This document shows positions 34,603 through 43,261 of a stretch of 64,000 nucleotides of DNA, one piece after another (within the stretch, counting starts at the first letter, position 1; each line of letters begins with the position of its first letter). Made by a program: the position numbers and the translations under genes. Under the pieces are notes generated by a model that saw nothing but the letters and a program-made list of their open reading frames with translations, was not told the origin of the DNA and made no database searches. Source of the stretch: an uncultured Acidobacteriota bacterium (GTDB lineage: Bacteria > Acidobacteriota > Thermoanaerobaculia > Multivoradales > UBA5704); NCBI GenBank assembly GCA_963770895.1, contig CAVYRF010000001.1:448001-512000 (forward strand), given 5' to 3'.

Positions 34603-34956
34603 TTACGGTCCAGGCTGGCAGACGCACCTGCGGCCGCCGACGGGGGCCGCGCAATAGATGGTAGGCGTGCAGAACAAGGGCGGACCAGAACTGGCGGGAC
34701 AGGGAGAGAAAAAGGGCTGGCCCTGGCAGACGGTGTCGCTGCAGGTGGTGCTGCAGGCCGCGCTGTCGAGCGCCAAAGGCGCGCTCCACGGCGTAAGCAG
34801 CGGCAGCGCGGCAGGGATCGAGTTGCTCGCCAGGCAGGAAGCGGGTGCGGCCGGGGTCGAGGGGCCGGTGGGCTCGGCCGCGTGGCTCCACCCGGGTAGC
34901 AGTGCTCCCGCCAGCAGCAGGGCAAGGGCGGCGACGGCCAGCGTGCGATGTTTCAT
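34603..34956 (-). CDS. Secreted Cys-rich mini-protein, family A (117 aa)
   Basis: RBS AAGGAG and an AT-rich promoter region (34975-35010). Signal peptide, pro-region, and an 8-Cys domain CSTTCSDTVCQG...CVC. Confidence 0.82.
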   Translation of the reverse strand: MKHRTLAVAALALLLAGALLPGWSHAAEPTGPSTPAAPASCLASNSIPAALPLLTPWSAPLALDSAACSTTCSDTVCQGQPFFSPCPASSGPPLFCTPTIYCAAPVGGRRCVCQPGP

Positions 34957-35175
34957 CCTGCACACTCCTTTCGTCTAATAGTATAATAGTGTTCGTTAAC
35001 TAAAAAATGTGACAGGACCGTTCGCCGGGGGTAGCCCGCAGGCCTGGTGCTCGCCGGCGCCCAGCAGCAGGTAAGCAGATCGATCCGCTCAGTGTCCGGC
35101 AGGTTCGATCGCGGGCAGTGGACGCCGGGCGGCGCCGGAGGTGCCCGCCGGGCGCTCGGGTATAGTGTGCGGCCC

Positions 35176-36360
35176 ATGGACCGGCTTGCCCGCCTTGCGG
35201 GTTTCCAGCTGCTGGTGGTGACCGGCAAAGGCGGCGTCGGCAAGTCGGCCGTGGCCGCCAGCCTGGGCCGGCTGCTGGCGCGGGCCGGGCGCCAGGTGCT
35301 GGTGCTGGAGGTCGATCCGCGCGAAAACCTGCACCAGATGCTGGGCGTGGCGCCGTCGGGCGGCGCCGTGGTGGCGGCTGGCGGCGGGCTGTGGGTGCAG
35401 AACCTGAAGCCCGGCCAGGTGCTGGACGACATCGTGCGCGAGCGGCTGAAGATCGAGATGCTGGCGCGCCGCGTGCTGGCGAGCCCCATCTACCAGCAGT
35501 TCAGCGCCGGTGCGCCGGGCCTGGCCGAGCTGGCGATCCTGGGGCACGCGCTGCGCCTGCTGCGGCGCGCCGGCGATCCCGCGGCGCCGCGCCTGGACCT
35601 GGTGGTGCTGGACGCGCCGGCCACCGGTCACGGTGTGCGCCTGCTGACCGCGCCGCGCCTGGTCGCCGACGTGATCCACGGCGGCCCCTTTGGCGCCCTG
35701 GCCGGCGAGTTGGCCGCCTTTGTCGCCGATCCCGGCCGCTGCGGCATCGTGGTGGTCACCCAGGCCGAAGAGATGCCCGTCGAAGAGGCCCTGGACCTGC
35801 GCCAGGCGCTGGGCCGCCAGCTCGACCGGCAGCCCGAGCTGCTGGTCGTCAACGGCCTCTACCCGCCGCTGCCGGCGGCGCCCGCGGTGCCTGCGATGGG
35901 CGCAGAGCCGGCGGCGGCCCCGCCCGCTGTGGTAGCAGCGCCCGCAGTGCGCGCGGTGCCTGGGGCCGCCGCAGAGCCCGTGGTGCCGGCGTCGCCGGGC
36001 GGTGCGGGGTCGGCGGCATCGCCGGCGCAGGCGCCGGGTGCGCCGGATGCCGGCGTCGCCTCGCCCGACGACCTGCTCGCGCTGTGGCGCCAGCGCCGGG
36101 CGCTCAACGAACGCGAGATGGCCCGCCTGGCCGCCGTCTGGGAAGGGCCGCGGGTCGATCTGCAGCAGTTGCCGCTTGAACGCGGCCCGGCGCTGACCGA
36201 AGCGCTGGCGGCGCGCCTGGACGCCGGCCTGGCCGCGACGGCCGCGACGCCATCGCAGCCAGCCGTGCCAACCGCGGCAGCCAATCAGGCCGGCACGGCC
36301 GCCGCCGGCGATCCGACCGGCCCGGCGGCCGCGACGGACGTTCCGGGGGAGGCGCCTTGA
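35176..36360 (+). CDS. ArsA/Get3-family P-loop ATPase, subunit 1
   Basis: TGKGGVGKS and VLDAPATGH; Ala/Pro-rich insertions; TATAGT lies 9 nt upstream of the ATG. Confidence 0.88.
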   Translation: MDRLARLAGFQLLVVTGKGGVGKSAVAASLGRLLARAGRQVLVLEVDPRENLHQMLGVAPSGGAVVAAGGGLWVQNLKPGQVLDDIVRERLKIEMLARRVLASPIYQQFSAGAPGLAELAILGHALRLLRRAGDPAAPRLDLVVLDAPATGHGVRLLTAPRLVADVIHGGPFGALAGELAAFVADPGRCGIVVVTQAEEMPVEEALDLRQALGRQLDRQPELLVVNGLYPPLPAAPAVPAMGAEPAAAPPAVVAAPAVRAVPGAAAEPVVPASPGGAGSAASPAQAPGAPDAGVASPDDLLALWRQRRALNEREMARLAAVWEGPRVDLQQLPLERGPALTEALAARLDAGLAATAATPSQPAVPTAAANQAGTAAAGDPTGPAAATDVPGEAP

Positions 36361-37445
36361 ACCTGCTGTCGGACAGCCATCCGCTGCTCATCTTTGTGGG
36401 CTCGGGCGGGGTGGGCAAGACGACTCTGGCGGCGTCGGTGGGCGTGGCGTCGGCGCGGGCGGGGCGCGACACGCTGGTGATGACGTTCGATCCTTCGCTG
36501 CGGCTCAAGGATGCGCTGGGGGTGGGCGACGCGGCGCGCGAGCGCGAGGTGCAGGTGGAGCTGGCGGCGGAGGGGCGCCTCTTTGCCAGCCTGCTGGATG
36601 CGCGGCGCACGTTTGACGCGCTGATCGAGCGCTACGCTCCCGACGCCGAGGCGCGCCGCCGGGTGCTGGACAACCGCTTCTACCAGCACCTGTCGGGGGG
36701 GCTCGGTGGCATCTTGGAATACATGGCGGTCGAGCGGCTCTTCGAGGTGGCGACGGAGGGGCGCTACGCGCAGGTGATCCTGGACACGCCGCCGACGCGC
36801 CAGGCGCTGGACTTCCTGGAGGCGCCGTCGCGCATCATCGGCTTCCTGGACAGCGGCGCGCTCAAGGTGGCGCTGCGCCCCTGGTTTGACGAGCAGGGCC
36901 GGCTCAAGGCGGCGGCGCGCTGGGGCGGGCTGGGCCGCCGCGCCGAGCGCTTCCTGGACGAGGTGGTGGGGCTGGATCTGCTGCGCGACATGGCCGAGTT
37001 CTTTCAGGCGTTCGCGCCGCTGTACACCGGCTTCCGCCAGCGGGCCGCCGAGGTGGAGGCCCTGCTGCGCTCGCGCCGCACGCTGTTCGTGCTGGTCGCC
37101 GGCCCCGGCGAAGAGCGCATCCCCGACACGCTGTTTTTTGCCCGCCGCCTGCAGCAGGCGGGCTACCAGCTGGGGCCCATCGTGGTCAACCGCGTCCACC
37201 CCACCCTGAGCCGCGCCGCCGGGGCTCAGGGTGCCGCGGCGCCCGCGGAGGCCGCCGGCCTGGACCTGCTGGCCTGGCTGGGCGAGCGCGACCGCCGCGG
37301 TCTGGAGCACCTGGACCAGCTGCTGGCCCCCGCCCAGCCGCGGGTCGCCCTGCCGCTACGGCCGACCGAGCCGACCGATCTGGCCTCCCTGGCTGCCATG
37401 GGGGACGACCTCGCCGCCCGCCTGGCCGCCGGATCCGGTCGCTAG
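36357..37445 (+). CDS. ArsA/Get3-family P-loop ATPase, subunit 2
   Basis: GSGGVGKTT, TFDPS, EYMAVE and ILDTPP; TTGA overlap with the upstream gene. Confidence 0.9.
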   Translation: MNLLSDSHPLLIFVGSGGVGKTTLAASVGVASARAGRDTLVMTFDPSLRLKDALGVGDAAREREVQVELAAEGRLFASLLDARRTFDALIERYAPDAEARRRVLDNRFYQHLSGGLGGILEYMAVERLFEVATEGRYAQVILDTPPTRQALDFLEAPSRIIGFLDSGALKVALRPWFDEQGRLKAAARWGGLGRRAERFLDEVVGLDLLRDMAEFFQAFAPLYTGFRQRAAEVEALLRSRRTLFVLVAGPGEERIPDTLFFARRLQQAGYQLGPIVVNRVHPTLSRAAGAQGAAAPAEAAGLDLLAWLGERDRRGLEHLDQLLAPAQPRVALPLRPTEPTDLASLAAMGDDLAARLAAGSGR

Positions 37446-37461
37446 TGTCCCGGGCGGGATA

Positions 37462-37644
37462 CTAGAAGGTGCAGCCGTTCGTTATCACCGTGCAGTTCGC
37501 CCTGACCGTGGAGGTTTCGCAGTCGCAGGACATGATGCTGGCGAGGGTGGCGCCCGCGGCCGCACGCCGCAGGCTCGACAGGTCGTACAGGGTTTCGCGG
37601 TGCAGCTGAAGGGTGGTGGCCGGCCTGTTTTTGCGCAGTTTCAT
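37462..37644 (-). CDS. Putative RiPP (lanthipeptide-like) precursor peptide, 60 aa
   Basis: RBS AAGGAG. Basic leader with LQLHRETLYDL, an AAAG linker, and a core with 4 Cys and 9 Ser/Thr. Confidence 0.7.
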   Translation of the reverse strand: MKLRKNRPATTLQLHRETLYDLSSLRRAAAGATLASIMSCDCETSTVRANCTVITNGCTF

Positions 37645-37801
37645 GTCGCAGCTCCTTAGGGTTCTCGCCAGGATACCGCAGGATGAGACACAGCGACGGC
37701 GCCACCGCCGCCACCGCCGCCAGTGGCAACGGTGACAGTGCCGGCATCGGCGGCATTGGGGTGGGCGGCCGATGCCCGCGGCGGCCGGGAGAGAGGGCGA
37801 T

Positions 37802-37854
37802 TTTGCCGCAGTGCGTCAAGGACGCTTGACGACTTTGCCGCAGTGCGGTAAGAT
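37802..37854 (+). promoter_or_regulatory. Sigma70 promoter with two PhaR-type operator repeats
   Basis: TTGACG(37826)-N17-TAAGAT(37849). Exact 14-bp direct repeat TTTGCCGCAGTGCG at 37802 and 37834. Confidence 0.75.
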
Positions 37855-37881
37855 TTGTTTCGTTCGAGGGAGGAGGATCGG

Positions 37882-38409
37882 ATGGTCCGTCTGATCAAGC
37901 GTTACGAAAGCCGCAAGCTGTACGACACCGAGGAGAGCCGCTACGTGTCCCTCGAGGAGATCGCCAGCTGGGTGCGCGACGGCCAGGAAGTGCGGGTGGT
38001 CGACAATGCGACCAACGGCGACGTGACCTCGCAGACCCTCACCCAGATCATCCTGGACGAGGGGCGGCGCGGCACCTCGGCGCTGCCGAGCGAGCTGCTG
38101 CACGAGCTGGTGCGGCTGGGCGAGCGGGCGGTGCACACCGGCGTCGAGCAGGTGCAGCACGGCGTCGACCGCCTGGTGCAGGCGTCCATCGACCGCCTGG
38201 GCCCGGTGCGGCGGGCGCGCGAGGAGATGTCCAGCCTGCGCTCGCGCCTCGAGCAGCTGGAAACGTCGCTGGCGGCGCTCGATTCCGAGGTGCTGGTGGG
38301 GATGGCGACGCCGCCTCCGCCGGCGCCGGCCGCGACGGACAGCACGGAAAGCGTGGTGCCGCCGGCTGCGGCGCACTCCGCGGTGGCCGGCGAAGGCCCC
38401 GCGACCTGA
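37882..38409 (+). CDS. PHA synthesis regulator (PhaR-like DNA-binding domain protein)
   Basis: IKRYESRKLYDTEESRYVSL...DVTSQTLTQII, typical of the PHB-accumulation regulator N-domain; RBS GGAGG. Confidence 0.88.
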   Translation: MVRLIKRYESRKLYDTEESRYVSLEEIASWVRDGQEVRVVDNATNGDVTSQTLTQIILDEGRRGTSALPSELLHELVRLGERAVHTGVEQVQHGVDRLVQASIDRLGPVRRAREEMSSLRSRLEQLETSLAALDSEVLVGMATPPPPAPAATDSTESVVPPAAAHSAVAGEGPAT

Positions 38410-38550
38410 GGTACCCCTGACCGGGCGGCGCGCCACGGCGCGTGCCGGCGACGTGCCGCCCCGGACCTGACAACTTGCGGTAGCGCCCTTGCGGCGTGGG
38501 CCTGCGGCCCCGCCCCGGCGCCGGCCGCTGATCCACGAAAGAGGTGCACG

Positions 38551-39006
38551 ATGACGACCGACAGCACGCAGGACCGCAAGCTGCAAGACGACGTGAAAGA
38601 CACCGCCCACCGCATCTGGCTGGCCGGGCTGGGCGCCCTGGCCGCCGCCGAGGAGGAGGGCAGCAAGCTGTTCAGCCGCCTGGTCGAGCGCGGCCGCGAC
38701 CTGGAGTCGCGCGGCAAGGTGGAGGTCGACAAGGTGGTCGACCAGGCCAAGACCAAGGCCGGCGACACCTGGAGCGACCTGGGCACCAAGGTGGACGAAG
38801 CCATCTCCTCGGCGCTGCACCGCATGGGCGTGCCGACGCGTGAGGAGATCCGCACCCTGACGCAGCGGGTCGAAGAGCTCAACGCCAAGGTGGAGCAGCT
38901 GCGCCCGCGGGTGACCCCGGCGGCCAACGGCGGCGTCGCCGGCGCCCACGTTGCCGACGACAAGTCGGCGGCCCGCTCGGCCAAGAGCAACGCCAAGGTC
39001 GTGTAA
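38551..39006 (+). CDS. Phasin family / PHA granule-associated protein (PhaF/PhaI-like)
   Basis: IWLAGLGA...EEGSKLFSRLVERG and LHRMGVPTREEI motifs. Confidence 0.9.
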   Translation: MTTDSTQDRKLQDDVKDTAHRIWLAGLGALAAAEEEGSKLFSRLVERGRDLESRGKVEVDKVVDQAKTKAGDTWSDLGTKVDEAISSALHRMGVPTREEIRTLTQRVEELNAKVEQLRPRVTPAANGGVAGAHVADDKSAARSAKSNAKVV

Positions 39007-40275
39007 GTGGTGCAAGCCGGCGCGGGTTTGGCTCGCAACGGGTCTCCTTCCATCGCGCTGGCGCTTGCCGGGGGCGGTCTGGAGGGCGCCATCTACGAGA
39101 TTGGCGCCCTCCGCGCGCTCGACGAGGCGTGCGACGGCCTGGACCTGAACCAACTCTTCCTGTATGTCGGGGTGAGCGCCGGCGCGTTCATCGCCGCCTG
39201 CCTGGCCAACGACCTGTCGACGGCGCAGATGTGCCGCGCCATCGTGTCGCGCGAGCCGGGCGAGCATCCTTTTGTGCCGGAGACGTTTCTCACCCCCGCC
39301 CTGCACCACCTGTGGCGCGGCGGCCGCGAGCTGCCGCGGCTGTTTGGCGAGGCGATGGCGGAGTACCTGGGCGGCGGCGGCGAAAAGTCGTTCTGGGGGT
39401 CGCTGACCCGGCTGGCGCGGGCGCTGCCGGTGGCGGTGTTCGACAACGAACCGATCCGCACGTATCTCGAAAAGATCTACAACCTCAAGTCGCGCACCGA
39501 CGACTTCCGCCAGCTGGGCAAGCGGCTGGTGATCGTGGCGGCCGACCTGGATTCCGGCCAGCCGGTGCGCTTCGGCGAGCCGGGGATGGATCACGTGCCG
39601 ATCTCGGTCGCGGTGCAGGCCAGCACGGCGCTGCCCGGTCTCTATCCGCCGGTGACCGTCGACGGCCGCCAGATGGTGGACGGCGTGCTGCTCAAGACCC
39701 TGCACGCGTCGGTGGCGCTGGAGGCGGGCGCCCAACTGGTGATCTGCATCAACCCCATCGTGCCGGTCGACACGGCGCACGCCGTCGAAGCCGGCTTGAT
39801 GCCCAACCACAGCCTGGGCGGGCGCGGCCTGCCGAGCGTGCTGTCGCAGACCCTGCGCACCATCATCCGTTCGCGGCTGGAGGTGGGCATGGCGGCGTAC
39901 CGCGACAAGTACGACGCCGACGTGCTGCTGCTGGAGCCCGAGCACGACGACTACATGATGTTCTTCACCAACATCTTCGGCTTCGCCGAACGGCGCGCGG
40001 TCTGCGAGCATGCCTACCGCACCACGCGCCACCACCTGCTGACCCACCGCGACACGATCGCGCCGCTGCTCGCCCGCCACGGTGTCACCCTGCGTGAGGA
40101 CGTGCTGGCCGAAGACCGCAACCTGTGGGAGCAGGTGGGGCTGGACCCGGTGAAGCGCTCGCGCCGCCCGTCCGCCGCGGCGGCCGGCGGCGGCCTGGCG
40201 GTGGTGCGCCGCCTGGACGACGCCCTCAACCGCCTGGACCAGCTGGTCGAGGCGCGCCGCACGCCGCCGGCGTAG
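39007..40275 (+). CDS. Patatin-like phospholipase/esterase
   Basis: LAGGGLEGAIYEIG, GVSAG nucleophile motif, ASTALPGLYPP and VDG. The start is 39007 or 39010. Confidence 0.9.
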   Translation: MVQAGAGLARNGSPSIALALAGGGLEGAIYEIGALRALDEACDGLDLNQLFLYVGVSAGAFIAACLANDLSTAQMCRAIVSREPGEHPFVPETFLTPALHHLWRGGRELPRLFGEAMAEYLGGGGEKSFWGSLTRLARALPVAVFDNEPIRTYLEKIYNLKSRTDDFRQLGKRLVIVAADLDSGQPVRFGEPGMDHVPISVAVQASTALPGLYPPVTVDGRQMVDGVLLKTLHASVALEAGAQLVICINPIVPVDTAHAVEAGLMPNHSLGGRGLPSVLSQTLRTIIRSRLEVGMAAYRDKYDADVLLLEPEHDDYMMFFTNIFGFAERRAVCEHAYRTTRHHLLTHRDTIAPLLARHGVTLREDVLAEDRNLWEQVGLDPVKRSRRPSAAAAGGGLAVVRRLDDALNRLDQLVEARRTPPA

Positions 40276-40444
40276 CCGCGCCGCCTCGTCCCCGACGCCC
40301 CGGCGCCCGCCGCCGATCAGCGCGAGCAACGCGATCAGCGCTAACAACGCTTGAACGCGAACGCGCTAACGCTTCTTCGCGAAAGACCTGTTGCGCCCCG
40401 CCCCGCGTGGGGGTATCCTCTGCGCTTCGAAGAGCGCGAGGGAT

Positions 40445-41614
40445 ATGCCGCAACCTGCTTTGCCGCTGGAGCTTCGGGACCTGCTGGCGGCCGCCGCGGT
40501 GGCCGCCGACGACGCGATGACCGTCACCGTCGCCGACCTGGACGAGCCGCGCATCGTCTTCGTCAACCCGGCCTTTACCGCGCTCACCGGCTACGCCGCC
40601 GAAGAGGTGCTGGGCAGGACGCCGCGCCTGTTGCAGGGGCCGGCCACCGACCGTGCGGTGCTGGACCGGCTGCGCCGCGACCTGGCCGCCGGCCGCTCGT
40701 TTCACGGCCAGGCGATCAACTACCGCAAGGACGGCTCCGAATTCTGGTTGGAGTGGCGCATCGCGCCGGTGCGCGACGCCGCGGGCGCCGTGTCGCACTT
40801 TGTCGCGGTGCAGCGCGACGCCACCGAGCACCGGCGCTTTCTGCAGGCGGCGGAGCACGCGACGCTGGCCAAGACGTCTTTCCTGGCCCGCATCAGCCAC
40901 GAGCTGCTGACGCCGCTCAACTCGCTGATCGGCTTCCCGCAGATGCTCATCGACGGCTATTTTGGCGAGCTCGGGGACCGCCAGCAGCAGGCGGTGCGCA
41001 ACGTCCTGGGGGCGGCCGAGCAGCTGCGCCAGCTGATCCAGGACCTGCTCGACCTGACCCGGCTTGAAGCCGGGCGCCTGCGCCTGGAGCGCGACCGGTT
41101 CGACCTGGGGGCGCTGCTCGCCGACCACGCCGGGCCGGTGGTGGAAATGGCGCGCCGCAAGGGGGTGGACCTGGCGCTGCAGATCGCCGCCGATCTGCCG
41201 CCGGTCTGCGGCGACGCCGCCAGGCTCAAGCAGGTGGCGCTCAACCTGCTCGACAACGCGGTCAAGTACACGCCCGCGGGCGGCTGGGTGCAGCTGCGGG
41301 TCTGGGCCGCCGGCGACGCGGCCGGCAGGTCGCCGCTGGTGCACCTGACGGTGGCCGATTCGGGGGTCGGCATCGCCGACGAAGACCGCGAGCGGATCTT
41401 CCACCAGTTCGAACAGGTCGACCCCTCGCTCAGCCGCCGGCAGTCGGGCACCGGCCTGGGCCTGGCGCTGGTCAACCGCATCGTCGACCTGCATGGCGGC
41501 CGCGTCTGGGTGGAGAGCGCCGGGCCGGGGCGGGGCAGCGCCTTCCACGTGGAGATCCCCGGCCTGCGCCACGACGACGACAGCTGCTGCGGCGGCGACG
41601 GGGACGACCATTGA
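40445..41614 (+). CDS. PAS (LOV-like) sensor histidine kinase
   Basis: VNPAFTALTGY...GRTPRLLQG...NYRKDG; SHELLTPL H-box; N, G1 and G2 boxes. Upstream TTGCGC-N17-TATCCT. Confidence 0.9.
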   Translation: MPQPALPLELRDLLAAAAVAADDAMTVTVADLDEPRIVFVNPAFTALTGYAAEEVLGRTPRLLQGPATDRAVLDRLRRDLAAGRSFHGQAINYRKDGSEFWLEWRIAPVRDAAGAVSHFVAVQRDATEHRRFLQAAEHATLAKTSFLARISHELLTPLNSLIGFPQMLIDGYFGELGDRQQQAVRNVLGAAEQLRQLIQDLLDLTRLEAGRLRLERDRFDLGALLADHAGPVVEMARRKGVDLALQIAADLPPVCGDAARLKQVALNLLDNAVKYTPAGGWVQLRVWAAGDAAGRSPLVHLTVADSGVGIADEDRERIFHQFEQVDPSLSRRQSGTGLGLALVNRIVDLHGGRVWVESAGPGRGSAFHVEIPGLRHDDDSCCGGDGDDH

Positions 41615-43179
41615 GGCTGGCGCGGCTGTTTCCGCCGGACCGCATCGCCGTCGGCCTGATGGTCGCCTTGGCAGTGATGGTGGCGGTCGCGGGGGTGCAA
41701 TACGCCAGCGTCGTGCACCTGCTGGAGAGCTCGCGCCAGGTTTCCGCGGCGGCGCGCGAGATGGGTGCGATGCGCGGCGCCATGATGACCCTGGCCGCCT
41801 GCGGCGTCGGCCTGCTGCTGGCGATGTCGCTGCTGATGATGGCGGTGCGGGCGCAGCGGCGCGACCAGGCGCTGCGCGACCGCGCCGAGCGCATGGCGAT
41901 GTCGGCGGCGCGGCTGTCGACCATCATCGCGGCGCAGAACCTGATGGCGACCGACTTCCAGCGCGAGCGCGTGGTGGAACTGCTGGCCCAGCAGGCGCGC
42001 CGGCTGACCGACGCCGCCGGAGCGGTGGTGGTGCTCTACGGCCTGGGCGACCTGGAGCGGCCGCTGTCGCTGGGGTCGCCGGGCCAGGGCGGTGAGCCGG
42101 TTTCGTCGGTGCTGGCGGACGCCGCGGCGCCCGAGCGCGGCGACGACGGCCACCCCGCGGTGCCGCCTGAGCTTTTCGTGCGCCACGACGCCCGCTCGCT
42201 CGCCATCGTGCCGCTGATCTGCCTGGGCCGTCACCTGGGCGAAGTGCGCGTCTTTTCGCCCGAGCCGGTGCCGTTCAGCGCCGAAGCGATCGGCGACCTG
42301 CAGCTGATCGCCGGCTTCGCGGCGGCGGCGCTCAGCCATGCCGCCGAGCTGGTTGCCAAGGAGTCGGCGCTGCGCGAGCAGCAGCGCGCCAAGGAGGCGG
42401 CGGACAAGGCCAACCAGGCCAAGAGCGATTTCCTGGCCGGCATGAGCCACGAGCTGCGGACGCCGCTCAACTCGATCATCGGCTTTTCCGAGATCCTGGT
42501 CGACCAGCGCTTCGGGCCGCTCAACGCGCGCCAGGCCCGCTACGTCGAAAACGTCCTGAGCAGCGGCCGCCACCTGCTGCACCTGGTCAACGACGTGCTC
42601 GACCTGGCGAAGGTGGAGTCGGGGCGCATGGAGCTGCGCGCGGGGCCGTTCGACCTGCACGAAACGTTCGACGAAGCGGTCGCCATCGTGCAGCAGGCGG
42701 CCCAGGCCAAGCGCATCGAAATCGCCGTCTGCCTGCCCGACGAGCCGCCGCCGGTGGCCGCCGACGCGGGCAAGCTCAAGCAGGTGCTGTGCAACCTGCT
42801 GAGCAATGCCGTCAAGTTCACTCCCACCGGCGGCAAGGTGCGGCTCGAAGTGCAGGCGCTCGGCGTGGCGCTGGCGGAGCCGGCGGCGGGTCCCGGCGTG
42901 CTGCTGGTGACGGTGGCCGACACCGGCGTCGGCATCGCGCTGCGCGACCACCTGCGGATCTTCGAAGCCTTCGAGCAGGTCGATTCGCCGCTGTCGCGGG
43001 CGCAGCCGGGGTCGGGGCTGGGCCTGGCGCTGTGCCGCAAGCTGGTCGAGCTGCACGGCGGCCGCATCTGGGTGGAGAGCGACGGCGCCGGCCAGGGGAG
43101 CTGCTTCCGGTTCACCGTGCCGCTCGCCGCCACGGTCCACAACCCGCGGCCGACGGCGGTCACCCGCACGGCGCGATGA
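41611..43179 (+). CDS. Membrane GAF-like sensor histidine kinase
   Basis: Two N-terminal hydrophobic segments; SHELRTPL, NLLSNAVKF, DTGVG and GSGLGL. The start is approximate. Confidence 0.88.
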   Translation: MRLARLFPPDRIAVGLMVALAVMVAVAGVQYASVVHLLESSRQVSAAAREMGAMRGAMMTLAACGVGLLLAMSLLMMAVRAQRRDQALRDRAERMAMSAARLSTIIAAQNLMATDFQRERVVELLAQQARRLTDAAGAVVVLYGLGDLERPLSLGSPGQGGEPVSSVLADAAAPERGDDGHPAVPPELFVRHDARSLAIVPLICLGRHLGEVRVFSPEPVPFSAEAIGDLQLIAGFAAAALSHAAELVAKESALREQQRAKEAADKANQAKSDFLAGMSHELRTPLNSIIGFSEILVDQRFGPLNARQARYVENVLSSGRHLLHLVNDVLDLAKVESGRMELRAGPFDLHETFDEAVAIVQQAAQAKRIEIAVCLPDEPPPVAADAGKLKQVLCNLLSNAVKFTPTGGKVRLEVQALGVALAEPAAGPGVLLVTVADTGVGIALRDHLRIFEAFEQVDSPLSRAQPGSGLGLALCRKLVELHGGRIWVESDGAGQGSCFRFTVPLAATVHNPRPTAVTRTAR

Positions 43180-43261
43180 GCGCCCGCCACGCCCGCCACG
43201 CCCGCAGCGCAAGGAACGCATTGAACAATGAGATGATGGGCGCGGAGGCGGCAGGCCGTCG

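Noticed and set aside
35176-37445. Arsenic resistance operon
   Set aside because: There is no arsB/acr3/arsC/arsR/arsD, and the proteins are single-domain without the ArsA Cys cluster.
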